Origin: Welwitschia mirabilis
Lineage: Eukaryota
NCBI GenBank assembly: GCA_051453625.1
Contig: JBOZIK010000001.1
Coordinates: 2,954,320-2,998,735, forward strand
Direction of reading: 5' to 3'
DNA length: 44,416 nt
In this document: positions 24,915 to 37,268 of the stretch, in pieces
How positions within the stretch are numbered: the first letter of the stretch is position 1
Layout of the letters: the number at the start of each line of letters is the position of its first letter
Notes under the pieces: generated by a model
Told to the model about the DNA's origin: nothing
Seen by the model: the letters and a program-made list of their open reading frames with translations, nothing else
Databases searched by the model: none
Position numbers and translations under genes: made by a program

Positions 24915-25742
24915 CTATTCTGCATTAACAAATTCATACTCAAAACAATGTCGTATTTTTCTAAGTTGATAACACTTGGTTGTATGGATAAAGTACAGTT
25001 TTGTTCTGCTATTGTTGCCTTTTTCTATAGCCTCTGCTAGACTTTTAGGTTGAAACATGGATACTTTGGTAGCAATAAAAAGGAGAAGACTATCAATAAA
25101 GAGATTTACTTTCTCTTCTTCACCTAGATTCATATGTGATACATATTTTAATAATTCTATAAACTTGTACTCATGAGATGGTATGGTCACATTAGGAGCC
25201 TACCTTATATTGTAGAATGTTATAACCTTCTGGCGGATGTAGTACTTTGTAATGTACCTCTAGTTAAAGATGTGCTCAAATTCCCTCCAAGAAAGTTCTA
25301 AATATCCTAACTTGGTCATTTCTATTTTTAACCATACAGTAGCTTATTCTTGTGACATATAAATAACTAAGGAATCCTTTTAATAGTCATCACATCCTAA
25401 GGTACTTGTAACTTTTTCAACATTACTTAGCCATGCTTCTTATATGGAAGGATCTAAACCTTCTACAAACCTTGGTGGATTTAGGTTAATAAACATTTGA
25501 CTTAATTTCCTCATACCCACTTCCTTGGATTAATTAATACTATTTTCTACTTGTGGGTTTTAACCTTGATTTACTATTTGTAATAGCAACTACATGAAGG
25601 TATTCATCAATACCTAGGTATTAAGCTTAAATAATAGTTGATTTTCATCATTAGTTTATTGTCTGTCTTGTAAATTCTCTTGATATTGATTACTTCATGC
25701 AATTGACTTGGCCTTAAGGTTTAGCTAACAATGACAAGGCAT
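24915..25742 (-). pseudogene. Retrotransposon gag of element D
   Basis: MFINLNPPRFVEGLDPSI*EAWLSNVEK, LSWREFEHIF, and YKFIELLKYVSHMNLGEEEKVNLFIDSL...SLAEAIEK (ORF 24915-25190), all typical of Tekay/Del gag. Confidence 0.88.
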
Positions 25743-26692
25743 TTGAAAGAAGGGGAAATTTATTTGAAAATAGGATAGATATTATTCATTTTTAAACTTA
25801 AAAATATTTTATAATCTTAAGAAGGACATGATTATCATTATGAGGTAATGGGTTTTTATTTATATCTTAAAGTACACAATCAAGTTTATCCTCCTTTTTT
25901 TATTTTTAATAGATAAGGTTTATAAGTTATGAATATGGAATTGCACTTTGAAGTTATGTAATTAAATAATTTAGAATGAATAACTTGGTTAGAGATTTGA
26001 TTATTTTCAAGGGTATTTATTTATAAGGTATTATTTATGTATTTATATTTTTTGCAAAAGCCTAATCTTTTTGAGGAATCATATAAGGTTCTTGTCCTAA
26101 ATTCTTAAGATAATTGGAATTTTTCTAAGTGATTATCATTTATATCTATAAGGTAATAGTGTTTTTAATGACTTGAATTCATCATCCTTCTTGGTTTTTT
26201 TAGGGATTTAGATTTATCATAAATATAATTATCATAATGATCATCTAGAGGTTGGGATTATAGCTAACCTTACAAATACTTTAGAACTATCATAAATATA
26301 ATCAACTTCTAAGATTATTAAGGTGCTAAGATTATAGTGTAATATTTATAATTATTATAATTAATATAAATGTAATTTGGTATATATTTAGATAACAAGA
26401 AAATTATATGTATAATGGAATTCATGACTATTAGAAGATATGATTAAGTTCATGCTTATCTAGGATTTAAATTTATCTTGGAATCGAGTATTATCAGGGA
26501 TATGATTCATTTTACTCATAGTAGAAGATTATCAGGAATATAACTAATCTTATAGCTATTAGGAATTAAGGTTATTATAGTTACCACTAATTTTATAATT
26601 ATTAAGGAGAAAAGTTGTTAAAAATTTAATTGGATTTATATTCTTATAAATTTATAAGTACTCAACATAAGTATTATTTAGGTTAACCTGGG

Positions 26693-26705
26693 GCTTTAAT
26701 ACCCA
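26693..26705 (-). promoter_or_regulatory. Primer binding site, tRNA-Met type
   Basis: Minus strand TGGGTATTAAAGC versus TGGTATCAGAGC, 2 nt from the LTR end. Confidence 0.7.
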
Positions 26706-26707
26706 TT

Positions 26708-29401
26708 TATGATACCCGCTTTTATTTTACCCTAATTAAGCACTTTTTTAATCACTTCCTTTTTTATTTGATATTTTTACCTAATAGACACAATGGAATC
26801 CAGGACCAAATTCTGCTTACTCCTTTATTACAATTTATGTATTCTAAGAAAGAAAATCATATTAATATTATATATTTACCTATAATTAATTTCTAGGTTA
26901 TTTTGGTTTAGAAATAATAGTGATGTCATAAGTTTGTGTCCTCCATTTCTTCGTAGTTTTCCATCACATAAAAGTTATCTTATGAATAGTTGAGAAGATG
27001 TAAACTTCTTATTAACATACATGGATAAGTTTTAAGGATAATACCTAAGCAATGTAATAAGAGGTTGTAACTCTAATTAATGAAATTTCAACTCAATATT
27101 TAGCCATCCTCTAGATGTGAGTTGGTTCCACTTTAGGTTCTAAACTATACAAACATGGTTGGGCTCAACTCCATAGGCTTTTACTTCACCTCAATATACC
27201 CCTAATATAGGTAACAAGCAGTCTGTAAGTGGATGCATGCTTACAAATGATCCTTGCTTCCTTAAAGCATCTTTAAATGGTGCAACATGATTCATTGATG
27301 TTAAGGGCTTAATATTTTAAGTCGAAGTAAGTTCATACATGGGTATGGTAGGATAGTAATGATTAAATCCACTTTTAGAAAGGTATTATATAAAAAATGC
27401 AATGCAACCTACCTTGATGATGAAATCCAAGTGTGGGGATGAACATTATTAGAATTATCTTGATTTAATCCTATTCAATGAATACACCACATAAATGCAT
27501 GTAAATATTTCTAACTAATGTGGATATTTAATATATTTTTTACTTGAGTAAATAAATTCTAATCATCATTTGATTCATTTTATAGAAACAACCATGAAAA
27601 AGAAAGAAAGCATACAAGAACATTTCTATTTTCAAGATTATCATAATAAAAATCTAGATAAAGGAAATATTCTTTTTTTATCTAAATAAAAAATTATTAT
27701 TTTCTTTTTCTTTTAATAATAATAAAAATCTTTAAAATTATTAAATAACATCTTAATAATGTACTTAAAAAAACAAAAACGTATCCAGAGCTATGTCAGT
27801 GCTAAAAACATTATTTGATGCTCATATGACAATCTCCATAGGTTAGTGCAAAGAAGGTAAACAAAAGAAAGTATAGCTTAAGAATAGTTGTTAAGATATA
27901 AATATTTATTAAATATTCATATGACTACATTATAAGTTAAATAAAAAAATGTTAAGCTAGATACTATTTATGTTACTTGAACTACTAAGGTAAAAACACT
28001 GATAAGCATGCACATTCAAAGTAAGATAATGAAAAAGGATCAAAGAGGTATTTCTACAAATAAATACTACTTATAAGTAATTTAAATTAAATTTACTAAT
28101 AAAAACATATTTTATATACTTAATTTTTCTATAAAGTTTTGTGTAATAATTTTCTATAATTTTAAACATTAATTATGACATTTTTGGGCTCTAAGAAGAT
28201 ATCTTAGTTGAAAATTAATAATTAATTAATTATAAAGCAAAAAATAAATTATAGTAGTTTCTCATAAACTAGACACATAATAGGATTCTTAGAGTCTAAT
28301 TAATATTATTTTGAAATTCTAAAAATATTATTTCTAAGGTTATCATTTAAGTTTAAAAATTATTAAATTTTCTAAAATTACAATCCTACTGCACTGCACT
28401 AATATGATTATAACTTTCAAAATATTTTGAGTTTTTAAATGGTTCAAGATGTTTTGAAAATATTATTCAATTTCCTACAACTTAGGATACTCAAGTTTGT
28501 ATATTTATTAACAAATAGAAACAAAAATGTAAATTATTACTTACTATTTTTTGCATTTATTTTCTAACATATTTTAATAAATAATTTTTTAAAAATAAAT
28601 ACCTATCAAAAAAATTAATATTTTTATATTTTCACATTTATAACATGTTTGTAACTTACAAAAAAAATTTTACTAATTTATACCTTTTAATTAATAATAT
28701 ACAACATTTTTATCCTATGCCTCTATTCTGAAAATTTAATTTTCACCATAACAAAAATATGATAAAGTTTTTACAATTAGTTAAATAATAACTTATATCA
28801 TTAAAATAATGGATATACTAACTAATTACTTACAAAAATAAAAATAAATTATGAAAATAAAAATTATTGTAGGAGAAAAAAAATCAATTCAAGAAGAACA
28901 ATTTACTACGAGCCTTAGGATTTCCATAAAAGAATAGTAACCTAAAAAAATTTTTGAGGATCATATTTTGCTCCTAATAAGATGGTCCTAATGCATAATA
29001 AATTAAAAAAACATATAACATTAAAATAAACATGATTACCCAAATTTCCGTTTTTCTCTTTTTTTACTTTCCTTGTTAATAGTGAACCCCTTGATCACTT
29101 GGCCATAATCATCCATTAGTAATCCTCTATTACTAACCACAAGAGGCCCCTAATATCTCACTATAATTTCTTAGTGAGAACCATTGAGAGGTAATAATAT
29201 TTTATAACATAATTTCATAAAAGCCATAAATAATTCCTTAATGCAATATCATATCATTTCAATAGAGAAAAGAAATCATATGAACAATAAGAGTAAAGAG
29301 CTTACTTGAGAAGATTAGTAAGACCTTAGTACTTAAAAATTGATGAAGATCCAAGCTCAAGAATTCTTTAGATTTAAGCTTCTAAGGTCCAAGCTCCACA
29401 A

Positions 29402-29472
<71 letters not shown>

Positions 29473-30390
29473 AGAAATACATTTGTATGAAATAAAAGAA
29501 AAGTATTTCCTTTTATAAAAGAGGAAAGGATCTCTATATAAAGATAAACAAAGGCACATAGCTTAAAATGACCAGATCACATAATTTACCATTGATAAGT
29601 GGAATGAGTAATAAATGACATTGGAGTACAAAAATAGGTAATATTTGCGACTTATGCACCTAATTAGGATGAGTAATTTTCATACTTTAATTAGCAAAGT
29701 TAATGACATGCATTATTTCCTCATGCTAGCTCCTTTTTAATCCTTCAAAGGCTCATAACTAAGTGTAATTCATCTAAAACATGCATTAAAAGAATAAATG
29801 CATAAATTTTAAAATTATCGTGTGCCACAATAAGACAAACTCTTCAATTCCAATAAATAAAGCAATCCGTATGCTATGAACCAAGTTTTCTTATACATCT
29901 CAAGAACATAAAAGTCATGAAAGAGTAAATGTACTCACTTATCGTTCTTTATTCTAGGTAAAAGTGCATGTACTTGTTCAAATGCTTATTTATTTCAAAT
30001 GCATAAAATCTATTAATCACATAACACAAGAAAGAAAATATTTATTCATAATATAGTATACCTATCACATTTATCAAGGATCTCACTAAGTAAAGAAGAT
30101 GCAAAATATATTATTATGTCCTCTTGAAATTTTTAATTTATTAGTTTTATCATGTGATCTTAAATCCTTACATAATGGAATTAGCTAATTTTAAATGTTT
30201 AAATATATTTTCTCATAAAAACCTCTTAAAATAAGTTTTATCATTTTCATGGTAAATTATAAATATTATGAGCTAAGGTTAATTTAAAATGACATTTTAT
30301 TTTAATAAGGAATTTAAATAAAGATAATTAAAAATTTTACTAAAAGATTAATATTCAAGTAATAATGTTTATAGAATATGGAATATGACA
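26708..30390 (-). repeat. 5' LTR of element D (3683 bp)
   Basis: Runs TATGATACCC (decayed TGTG)...GAATATGACA and is a direct repeat of 20905-24789. Confidence 0.93.
29408..29469. repeat. (GA)n microsatellite, ~31 units
   Basis: Uninterrupted GA run. Confidence 0.97.
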
Positions 30391-31200
30391 TTACTATTCC
30401 CCTCAAGGTATATGTAATGCATCAAAATACTTGGATCAACCTAGGACTTGCTTGTGCTTTTTCAATACCTCTAATAAAGCCTCTTCCTAGGAGGGAAAAA
30501 AAGATGAGTTTATAACTACTGGAAGGGCTAAATTATCCCCAAGAAAATTATATTTAATATTATTAATAAGAGGTTTCAACTCAATTAAAGGTTCACTTTC
30601 CAAGCTAAGATGTAAACTGTGTTTCATGAAAGATGTAATGAGAACATTTTTCTCATGAGAAGTATGAGAGGAAAATGAGAGTTCCTTAAATTATAAGACT
30701 TGTGAAGGCTTAACCACAACTTCCCTCATGTATTTTATCATTATTTGAATCCTCTCTAGTTTCTCCTTTACTCATGAATGATGATTAAAAAAGAAATAAG
30801 TGAATATTATCAAATAGTTATCTATTCTATTTTTTGGAGTGCGAATGAGGTTTGAGTGGCACTTTCTAGGAATCTCTATAAGGTATCTTCCAAGGAAGAG
30901 GGAATTAAACAAGTCTCATAAGGATAAATAAGGATACTGATGAAAGAATGAGTTAAAATAGGGGTTTATAGTAAAGGATGAGAATAATTTCTAAAATGAT
31001 GATGGAAGAGGATCATAAGAAAAGTTGGAGTGCCAATGTTCCATATTGAGATAAGAATAATAATTTATGTTGAAGAAAGGGATTTTAGAAAACATACCAT
31101 CCAAATTATAATTTCAATCCATAATATAATTTTGAAGATTGAAGATAGGCACATTATGTCAAATGTTAAGAGACAATAGAAACATAGCTTTAACAAAGTG
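30391..31200 (-). pseudogene. gag-linker and pre-RT fragment of element B
   Basis: HWHSNFSY (cf. NHPNFSW), PSSLEDTL*RF, then IELKPLINNIKYNFLGDNLALPVVINS...EEALLEVLKKHKQ and VDPSILMHYIYLE. Confidence 0.8.
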
Positions 31201-31516
31201 TCAGAGTATTCTATAAAAGGAGGATAATATCATTAATGGAATAGGATAGTAACATTAACATTTTTTAAAGAAAAGTCACAATAAAATGGATAGCAAAAAA
31301 GAGCAATAAAACAATGATTTTGGATGGATTGATGTAATTGAAAAATGTAAATAACAGAAAAAATGTAGGATGTAATGCAAGAAATCCTAAAATATATAAA
31401 ATGAACTAAAAATATAGTGCAATGCAAAAAACAAAAATGTAACATAATAAAAATAAAAATGCAATGCAAAAAAGTAGTTAAAAAAATTAGAAAATAAAAC
31501 TCCTTCTTAGTTCTTC

Positions 31517-32815
31517 TATAAGTATATGGTTTCAACGATGCCAATAGGCATGAAATTCAAGCAAAAGAATGATCATTATTTATCACAGTCTAGCTAAGAA
31601 GCCAATCTTTGCATGTAGATGTCCAAACTCTAAACAGGGCAGACGTCCCCTATTCTTATGAGTAAATTGTATCTATGCCAAGTCTGAGGCCTAGACGTCC
31701 CCACTCAAATAGGGTGGACGTTCCCTCTCCTTATAGAAAACATGATTGACATGTCTCATGTGTGGATGTCCCCACTCCAAATAAGCCGAACATCCCCCCT
31801 TCATTCAGATTTTTCCCAGTCTGCACCTATGGTAGGTGTGGATGTCCATCCCTTTTGATGGCAGATACCCTCACTCTCCCTGTAGTGTAAATGTCTACAC
31901 TACTTAAGGGAGGACATCTATCCTCCTAGGAGTAAGGACATCCCCATTTCTTAAGGTGGACATCCCTCCTTTGAACCATTGGAAGAATGGTTCTCTTTGG
32001 GTGATAGCGTGGTGATTTTCAATGGCTATTTTCTTCTATCGCATCTTTCAATCACATTGGAAATATGAATGTGATTGGAATATCAAATTAACATGCATTG
32101 GAATCATTGTTTAGGGTTGCTCTTTAACAGCTATTTCTTCTTTCTCTATAAAAGGAATAAAACCTGTTTGGTTAGGGTTAACCATTTTTGTGGGCCTAAA
32201 TATTTGGCATATACAGTTTTGTAAAGAGAATTTAAATCTAATATTAGGTGATCTATTAGTGATTTTTAATCCTATCTTATATACTCATTCAAAGTACATC
32301 CTACACTATTGCATTTGTGCTTGAGGCACATTTCATTATTCTTCTATTCTTTCTATGGTTAAGTCTGAGCCGTTAAAAGAATTCAAGTGTGAGAGGTTGA
32401 TGATAAGCCTAAAAAATCATCATTACTATATGTGAAATTGATGAAAAGCCTAAAAATCATCATTCATGTATGTGAGGTTGATGATAAACCTAAAAATCAT
32501 CATTACTGTGTGAGAGGTTGATGATAGCCTGAAAATCATCATTATTGTAAGAGGGGTTGATGGTCGGCCAGAAAATCATTAGTTCAAGAGTGATAAGGAA
32601 ACCAAGGAAGAGGACATCCTATCTTTCCTTGAAGAGTGAAGTAGGCACATTGCCAAACCACTATAAATCTTGTGGGCTAATTATTTTTCTGTTGTGCATT
32701 TTTCCTCGAATTTAGTTTTCACTTGCAAATCTGATTAATTTTATTTTAGAACTTGGTTTTAGATGTAAAAGTGATCATTATTCTTATTTACCCCCCTTTA
32801 GAAATTTTATCTTCA
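31517..32815 (+). mobile_element. Sirevirus/Maximus-like solo LTR
   Basis: Perfect TSD TCTTC (31512-31516 and 32816-32820). Start TATAAG (decayed TGTAAG)...GGTTTCAACGATGCCAA. Contains GTAGGC...CCAAACCACTATAAATC. End TATTTACCCCCCTTTAG...CTTCA. Confidence 0.85.
32387..32580 (+). repeat. ~43 bp tandem repeat, ~5 copies, each with an internal inverted repeat
   Basis: Unit GTGTGAGAGGTTGATGATAAGCCTAAAAAATCATCATTACT, in which TGATGAT pairs with ATCATCA. Confidence 0.88.
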
Positions 32816-33154
32816 TCTTCTTTAACCTATAAAAGGGGGGGAAGAGAGATGAAAAATTATTTGAAAAAAAAATTAGCGAAAAGTAAAACACTGAATTGAA
32901 ACTAAATAACTAAAAAGAAAACCTTAAAAAGGGGGAAAAAAAGAGAAAAGAAGAAAAAGAAAAATGAAATAAAGGGGCACTAGAATGGGACTACTATAAA
33001 AAATAAAATCAAAAAAAAATAAAGCAAAAGGACACTAGAATAAGACTAGTATAACATTAAAGAATAGAATAATAACAAAAAAGAAAAGGAAGAAAAGGAA
33101 AATAACAAAAATAGAAATGAATGTGTGTACCTCACTGAAGCTACTATGCCATTA

Positions 33155-33174
33155 TCCCTTAACAATGATGTCAA
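33155..33174 (-). promoter_or_regulatory. Decayed tRNA-Asp PBS of element B
   Basis: Plus strand TCCCTTAACAATGATGTCAA versus TCCCCGGCAACGGCGCCAA. Apart from a 1-nt length difference, all mismatches are C>T or G>A. Confidence 0.7.
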
Positions 33175-33177
33175 AAA

Positions 33178-34482
33178 TCTATTCATGATGGAAATTTGGC
33201 TGCACTTGTATTTATTTGTAATGTATTGTAATATCTAAGATTATCTTGGGAATACAAATCTTACATGGTTGAACCCAACTTTCACTAAATAAACTAGGAT
33301 TTGCTTTTATATGGGTTCTCTCCAAGGGATAAACAAAGTAGTATAAAATAGAAAAACTTAGCATAGACCACTTCTATAACTATTATATAATAAATCCTTC
33401 AAGTAATAGTAAAAGAAATATGCGTTGTTAATCAATATCATAAACTAGTGAATGAGCCTAGCCACAAGAACCAACATGAACATCTCTTGTGATAATTAAA
33501 ATATTTAATAATAATAGACTTATTTATATTTGAATCTATAAATGTAGTCAATGAAGCTCAAGCTTTTGTAAAAATTATAGGTCTTCCTAGCTCTCATAGC
33601 CTACTTTATAGGCATGCTAACTAAGATTTTTTATCCCAAATAACATCAAATGATAGAATCTAAAGAACCAAAATCACCTAAAATTTCACATGAAATAGTA
33701 AATGCACAAAGATCTTAAACCCTATTTAAGCATAACAAGTATGAAAAGTTCTACACACTCGGTACTAATAAATCATATTGAAAGTAAAAATCAACAATAG
33801 TATCTTCATCAAAAAGAACTTCAACCCTATTTAATCATAAAAAGTATGGAAAACTATATACACTTGATATCAAAAATAAGATTGAGAATGAAAACAAAAT
33901 ATTAGTACATGACATGAACAAATCTCCACCAAATAAAGAGAGAATTCACTATAAGCAAATGACATGCTAATCTTAGAGGGCTAGGTCATTCCCAAATGGG
34001 TATCTTAGAAACTAGACATGACATTATTTCTCACAATATTCTATAAAAATTGACTATTATTCAACAACCCTAAAAATGAGGCAAAAGTAGCCTTTTATAC
34101 ATTAAAATTAGGGTTAGGATTAGGGTTTCTAGAAACTAGCATAAAATTCGGCTCCTATAATCAGTCACTTATAGGTTTAATTGAATCAACAACAAGATAT
34201 AACCCCACAATGTAAGTTTTAAGAGCTTTTATATAAAGAAACTGATGCGATCATCAAGCCTATTATTGCTACTAGCTTCTTGTGAATCTGCATCTCTAGC
34301 TTTACCATAGTGCTTCAAATCTTGCTAAAAACCTACAAAATGATAATGTAAAAGCTAAATACTAGTAAAACTAGATTTAAACACTCTCAAGAATAATAAA
34401 TGCATAAAAGTATGATAAACCTTATATTATCATGCTAAAAATGGTTGGAATAACTTAATGTAAATGTTAAGTTCTACATATT
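33178..34482 (-). repeat. Probable 5' LTR of element B
   Basis: Begins right after the PBS, contains an ~105 bp tandem duplication (33717-33907) and runs to the 100-N gap. No partner LTR is in the window. Confidence 0.55.
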
Positions 34483-34582
34483 NNNNNNNNNNNNNNNNNN
34501 NNNNNNNNNNNNNNNNNNNNNNNNNNNNNNNNNNNNNNNNNNNNNNNNNNNNNNNNNNNNNNNNNNNNNNNNNNNNNNNNNN

Positions 34583-35100
34583 TAGGTAGATAAATGGAAA
34601 TCTAAGAATATTTCACTTACAATAAAATTCATGGTCTGTAAATGTATTCTAGATTTTACTCATACTCATTATTCTTCTTACTGACTTCTTCAAAGTATTC
34701 CTATAAAGATATAGAGGCTATTTTAAGAAGTTATATCTAGTCATTATCTAACACCTAAAATTATTTTACTAGAGTGATTTGAAATATTTTTGTCTCCCAA
34801 AAAGGATGGGTAAAATTAATTTTATTAATTATTTTAATCAATTTCAAACTTAATTTAATAGATATATCTTATAAGTAGTTAATGAATCTAGTCTCATTAC
34901 TTATTTATTTTTGAATAGATTGACTAATGTCTTATTAAACATTAGTCTATTTAAAAGATATCTATTCTATTAATTGGATAGTATTCCTATATAAAACTAA
35001 AATTGAAGATATTCATGCTTTTCAAAGCATCTAAAAGACATGAAAATCCATTTGTCATCTTATAACTTGACAAGATATTGCAAAATAATTAAATTCATAG
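34583..35100 (+). pseudogene. Highly decayed LINE ORF2 C-terminal fragment
   Basis: KSKNISLTIKFMVCKCIL...RVI*NI/CLPKRMGK resembles the post-RT L1 motifs K.LS.AG....LI..VL and VAW...C.PK..GGLG. Confidence 0.5.
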
Positions 35101-35362
35101 TGGCTTCTTAACTGTTTTAAATATTCTTAAAAAAGCATGCTATACTTATGCTAGTACTAGTTCTTGATCTATTATATGAATCTAAAATATGCTAGAATAT
35201 ATAACTATTATGCTAAAAATTATAAAGTTTGTATTAAGATTTATTTATTTTGGAGGGATATTTGTTATACAAATCTAAGTTTCTATCAAATACATTTAAT
35301 CTAGTAGTTAATTTTAATTACATTCATGTTAAAATTATCCTTAAAAAATTTTTCAAAACAAC

Positions 35363-35769
35363 TTGGTAATCATAACTAAAGGCTCTTAACCATGTAATTT
35401 ATTAAATATTTAGATTTTAAAAAAAAAAAGGCAGAGAGTTAGTTACATATAATACATAGATGAAATTAAAAAGCATCAAGCATTTTTAAATTAACAAAGT
35501 GTTTTAATTAGTAAGATGTACCTATTCTTAAGAACTATTGTTAGATGTTTCTTCAAGTTAGAAAATCAGTTGATAGTCACAACTAAAGGCTTTTAACCAT
35601 GTAATTTATTAAATATCTAGATTTAAAAAAAGGCAGAGAGTTAGTTACATTTAATACATAGATGAAATTAGAAAGCATCAACCATTTTTTAAATTAACAA
35701 AGTGTTTTAATTAGTAAGATGTACCTATTCTTAAGAACTATTATCAAATGTTTCTTCAAGTTAGAAAAT
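35363..35769. repeat. Tandem duplication of ~205 bp
   Basis: 35363-35566 and 35570-35769 are near identical. Confidence 0.93.
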
Positions 35770-36186
35770 ACCTAGGACAAGAGTAAAGATGAAGAATTAC
35801 TTTCTTAAATAGTTGTCTTAACAAATAGTTATTTTATCAATTTATTTTCTAATTAACATGTATTAACTAGTTTAATATATTTTTAGAATTGCGAACATCT
35901 ATAAAGAAATAGTATTAATAAATATATTAATAATACTTTATTTTCTAATGTAACTATAAACAATACATTAAAGGCTATCATAAGAAGGTTTGGAGTTCTA
36001 CAAATGAGGTCAGGAGCTATGGTTTGAAAGTGTTCCATGATCGGTAGGGATGGTTTCAAGTGAGGAAGCCATAGCACACAGGGACAGTTCTAGCTAAGCA
36101 TCAAGAATTTTTAGTAAGTTAAGATTATTATCCTTGTATTAAGTTGATTTGAATTATATTTTAGCACAGGGAACCAGGCCTTCAAA

Positions 36187-37268
36187 ATGAATAAGATGCA
36201 GTTCTCTAAAGAAGAAAACACCTTAGTCTTAAACATAAATAAAAATGCATGTTCTAAAATAGAGAAAAGATTACAACATAGCTTGATAGGTAAGTTTATT
36301 TCTTGTAACCCAAGGCTTAGGTTGGACCTTATAAGGAAGTGGGTAGCCACTAAATGGACAAGGGTTTATAAAATGTAAGTTATTATCATGCTAAAAGGTC
36401 TGATTCTCTGTCAGTTCAATAATGAGTAGGACAAAGATGAGGTAAGCACTAAAGGCACTTAGTTCTTTAAGACAAGTGATCTAGCTTTAGCTAAGTGGAT
36501 ACTTAGGGTGTAAGTGAACCTATAGCTATTTAAGAAATTACCTATATAGATTTAAATTCATATATTTGCTCTTGAGTTCTAGGACAAGTATCTTTTGAAA
36601 ATAATTGCCTCACAATTTGGATAACTAATCAAGTTGAACAAAATAACTATCAAGCAAACTAGGCTTGTTCTAGTAAGCTTCTGTGTTTGGATCAGTATTA
36701 AAGAGATAAAGGAAATTTAATCTGATGGATTTAAATCGAAATGGGAAACATATGATCTCAAGGTAACTTACAAGAATCTCCTGATAACATGCAGGATATG
36801 TGAAAAAATAGGACATACACCAGAGAGATGTATTAGGGTTAGAAAAAAATGCACACATTATAAGAAAAAAGGAAATGATAGTAAATGATGTAGAAAGAGG
36901 TAAAAAGAGATCTACTCGTCTTATGGAAAATTAAGACACAACTAAAATAAATATTGGTATAAATAGAAAAAGAAAAAATGATTAAGAACATAATGACATA
37001 TCCTAAAGAAAAGAAAGATAAAGAAAATTGTAATAACAATCCATTTCAACATCTAACAAAAGAGGAGGAAGAGATTATCTAAACTGAGAAATAGATAAAT
37101 AAAGAGAATTCAATTAATGTTAAAACTCACATGAAAGGAACACCTAACAATAGAGTACAGAGAGATAGGGATGCAGTAAAAAATGTGGCAAATAGTTCCC
37201 AAGAAACAATTAAGGGTACATTAAAATAATATTAAGAGATGTCCAAGGAGGGGTGTAAACAAACCTAA
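36187..37268 (+). pseudogene. LINE ORF1 (DUF4283-like plus CX2CX4HX4C knuckle)
   Basis: LQHSLIGKFISCNP...IRKWVATKW and YKNLLITCRICEKIGHTPERC (~36769-36831). Confidence 0.85.

Larger units (their letters stand above)
20905..30390 (-). mobile_element. Tekay/Del-like non-autonomous LTR retrotransposon, gag only (element D)
   Basis: Direct-repeat LTRs at 20905-24789 and 26708-30390, PBS-Met at 26693-26705, PPT at 24790-24802, 5-bp TSD TTACC (20900-20904) / TTACT (30391-30395). Confidence 0.92.
19885..34482 (-). mobile_element. Second Athila-type element (element B), internally deleted and interrupted by two nested insertions
   Basis: Decayed PBS-Asp at 33155-33174, 5' LTR at ~33178-34482, gag linker fragment at ~30850-31200, and RT split into 30391-30600 and 19885-20904. 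Confidence 0.8.

Noticed and set aside
29374..29559. ORF with SLSLSL repeat
   Set aside because: Translation of the (GA)n microsatellite inside an LTR.
31233..31544. Hydrophobic 103-aa ORF resembling a membrane protein
   Set aside because: T-rich low-complexity 5' UTR of element B that also crosses the solo LTR boundary.
32387..32580. Hairpin repeats resembling a CRISPR array
   Set aside because: No unique spacers and no cas genes; the repeats lie within a plant LTR bounded by a TSD.
34105..34129. TTAGGG-like telomeric repeats
   Set aside because: Only about three imperfect units; such telo-box-like motifs are common in plant LTRs.
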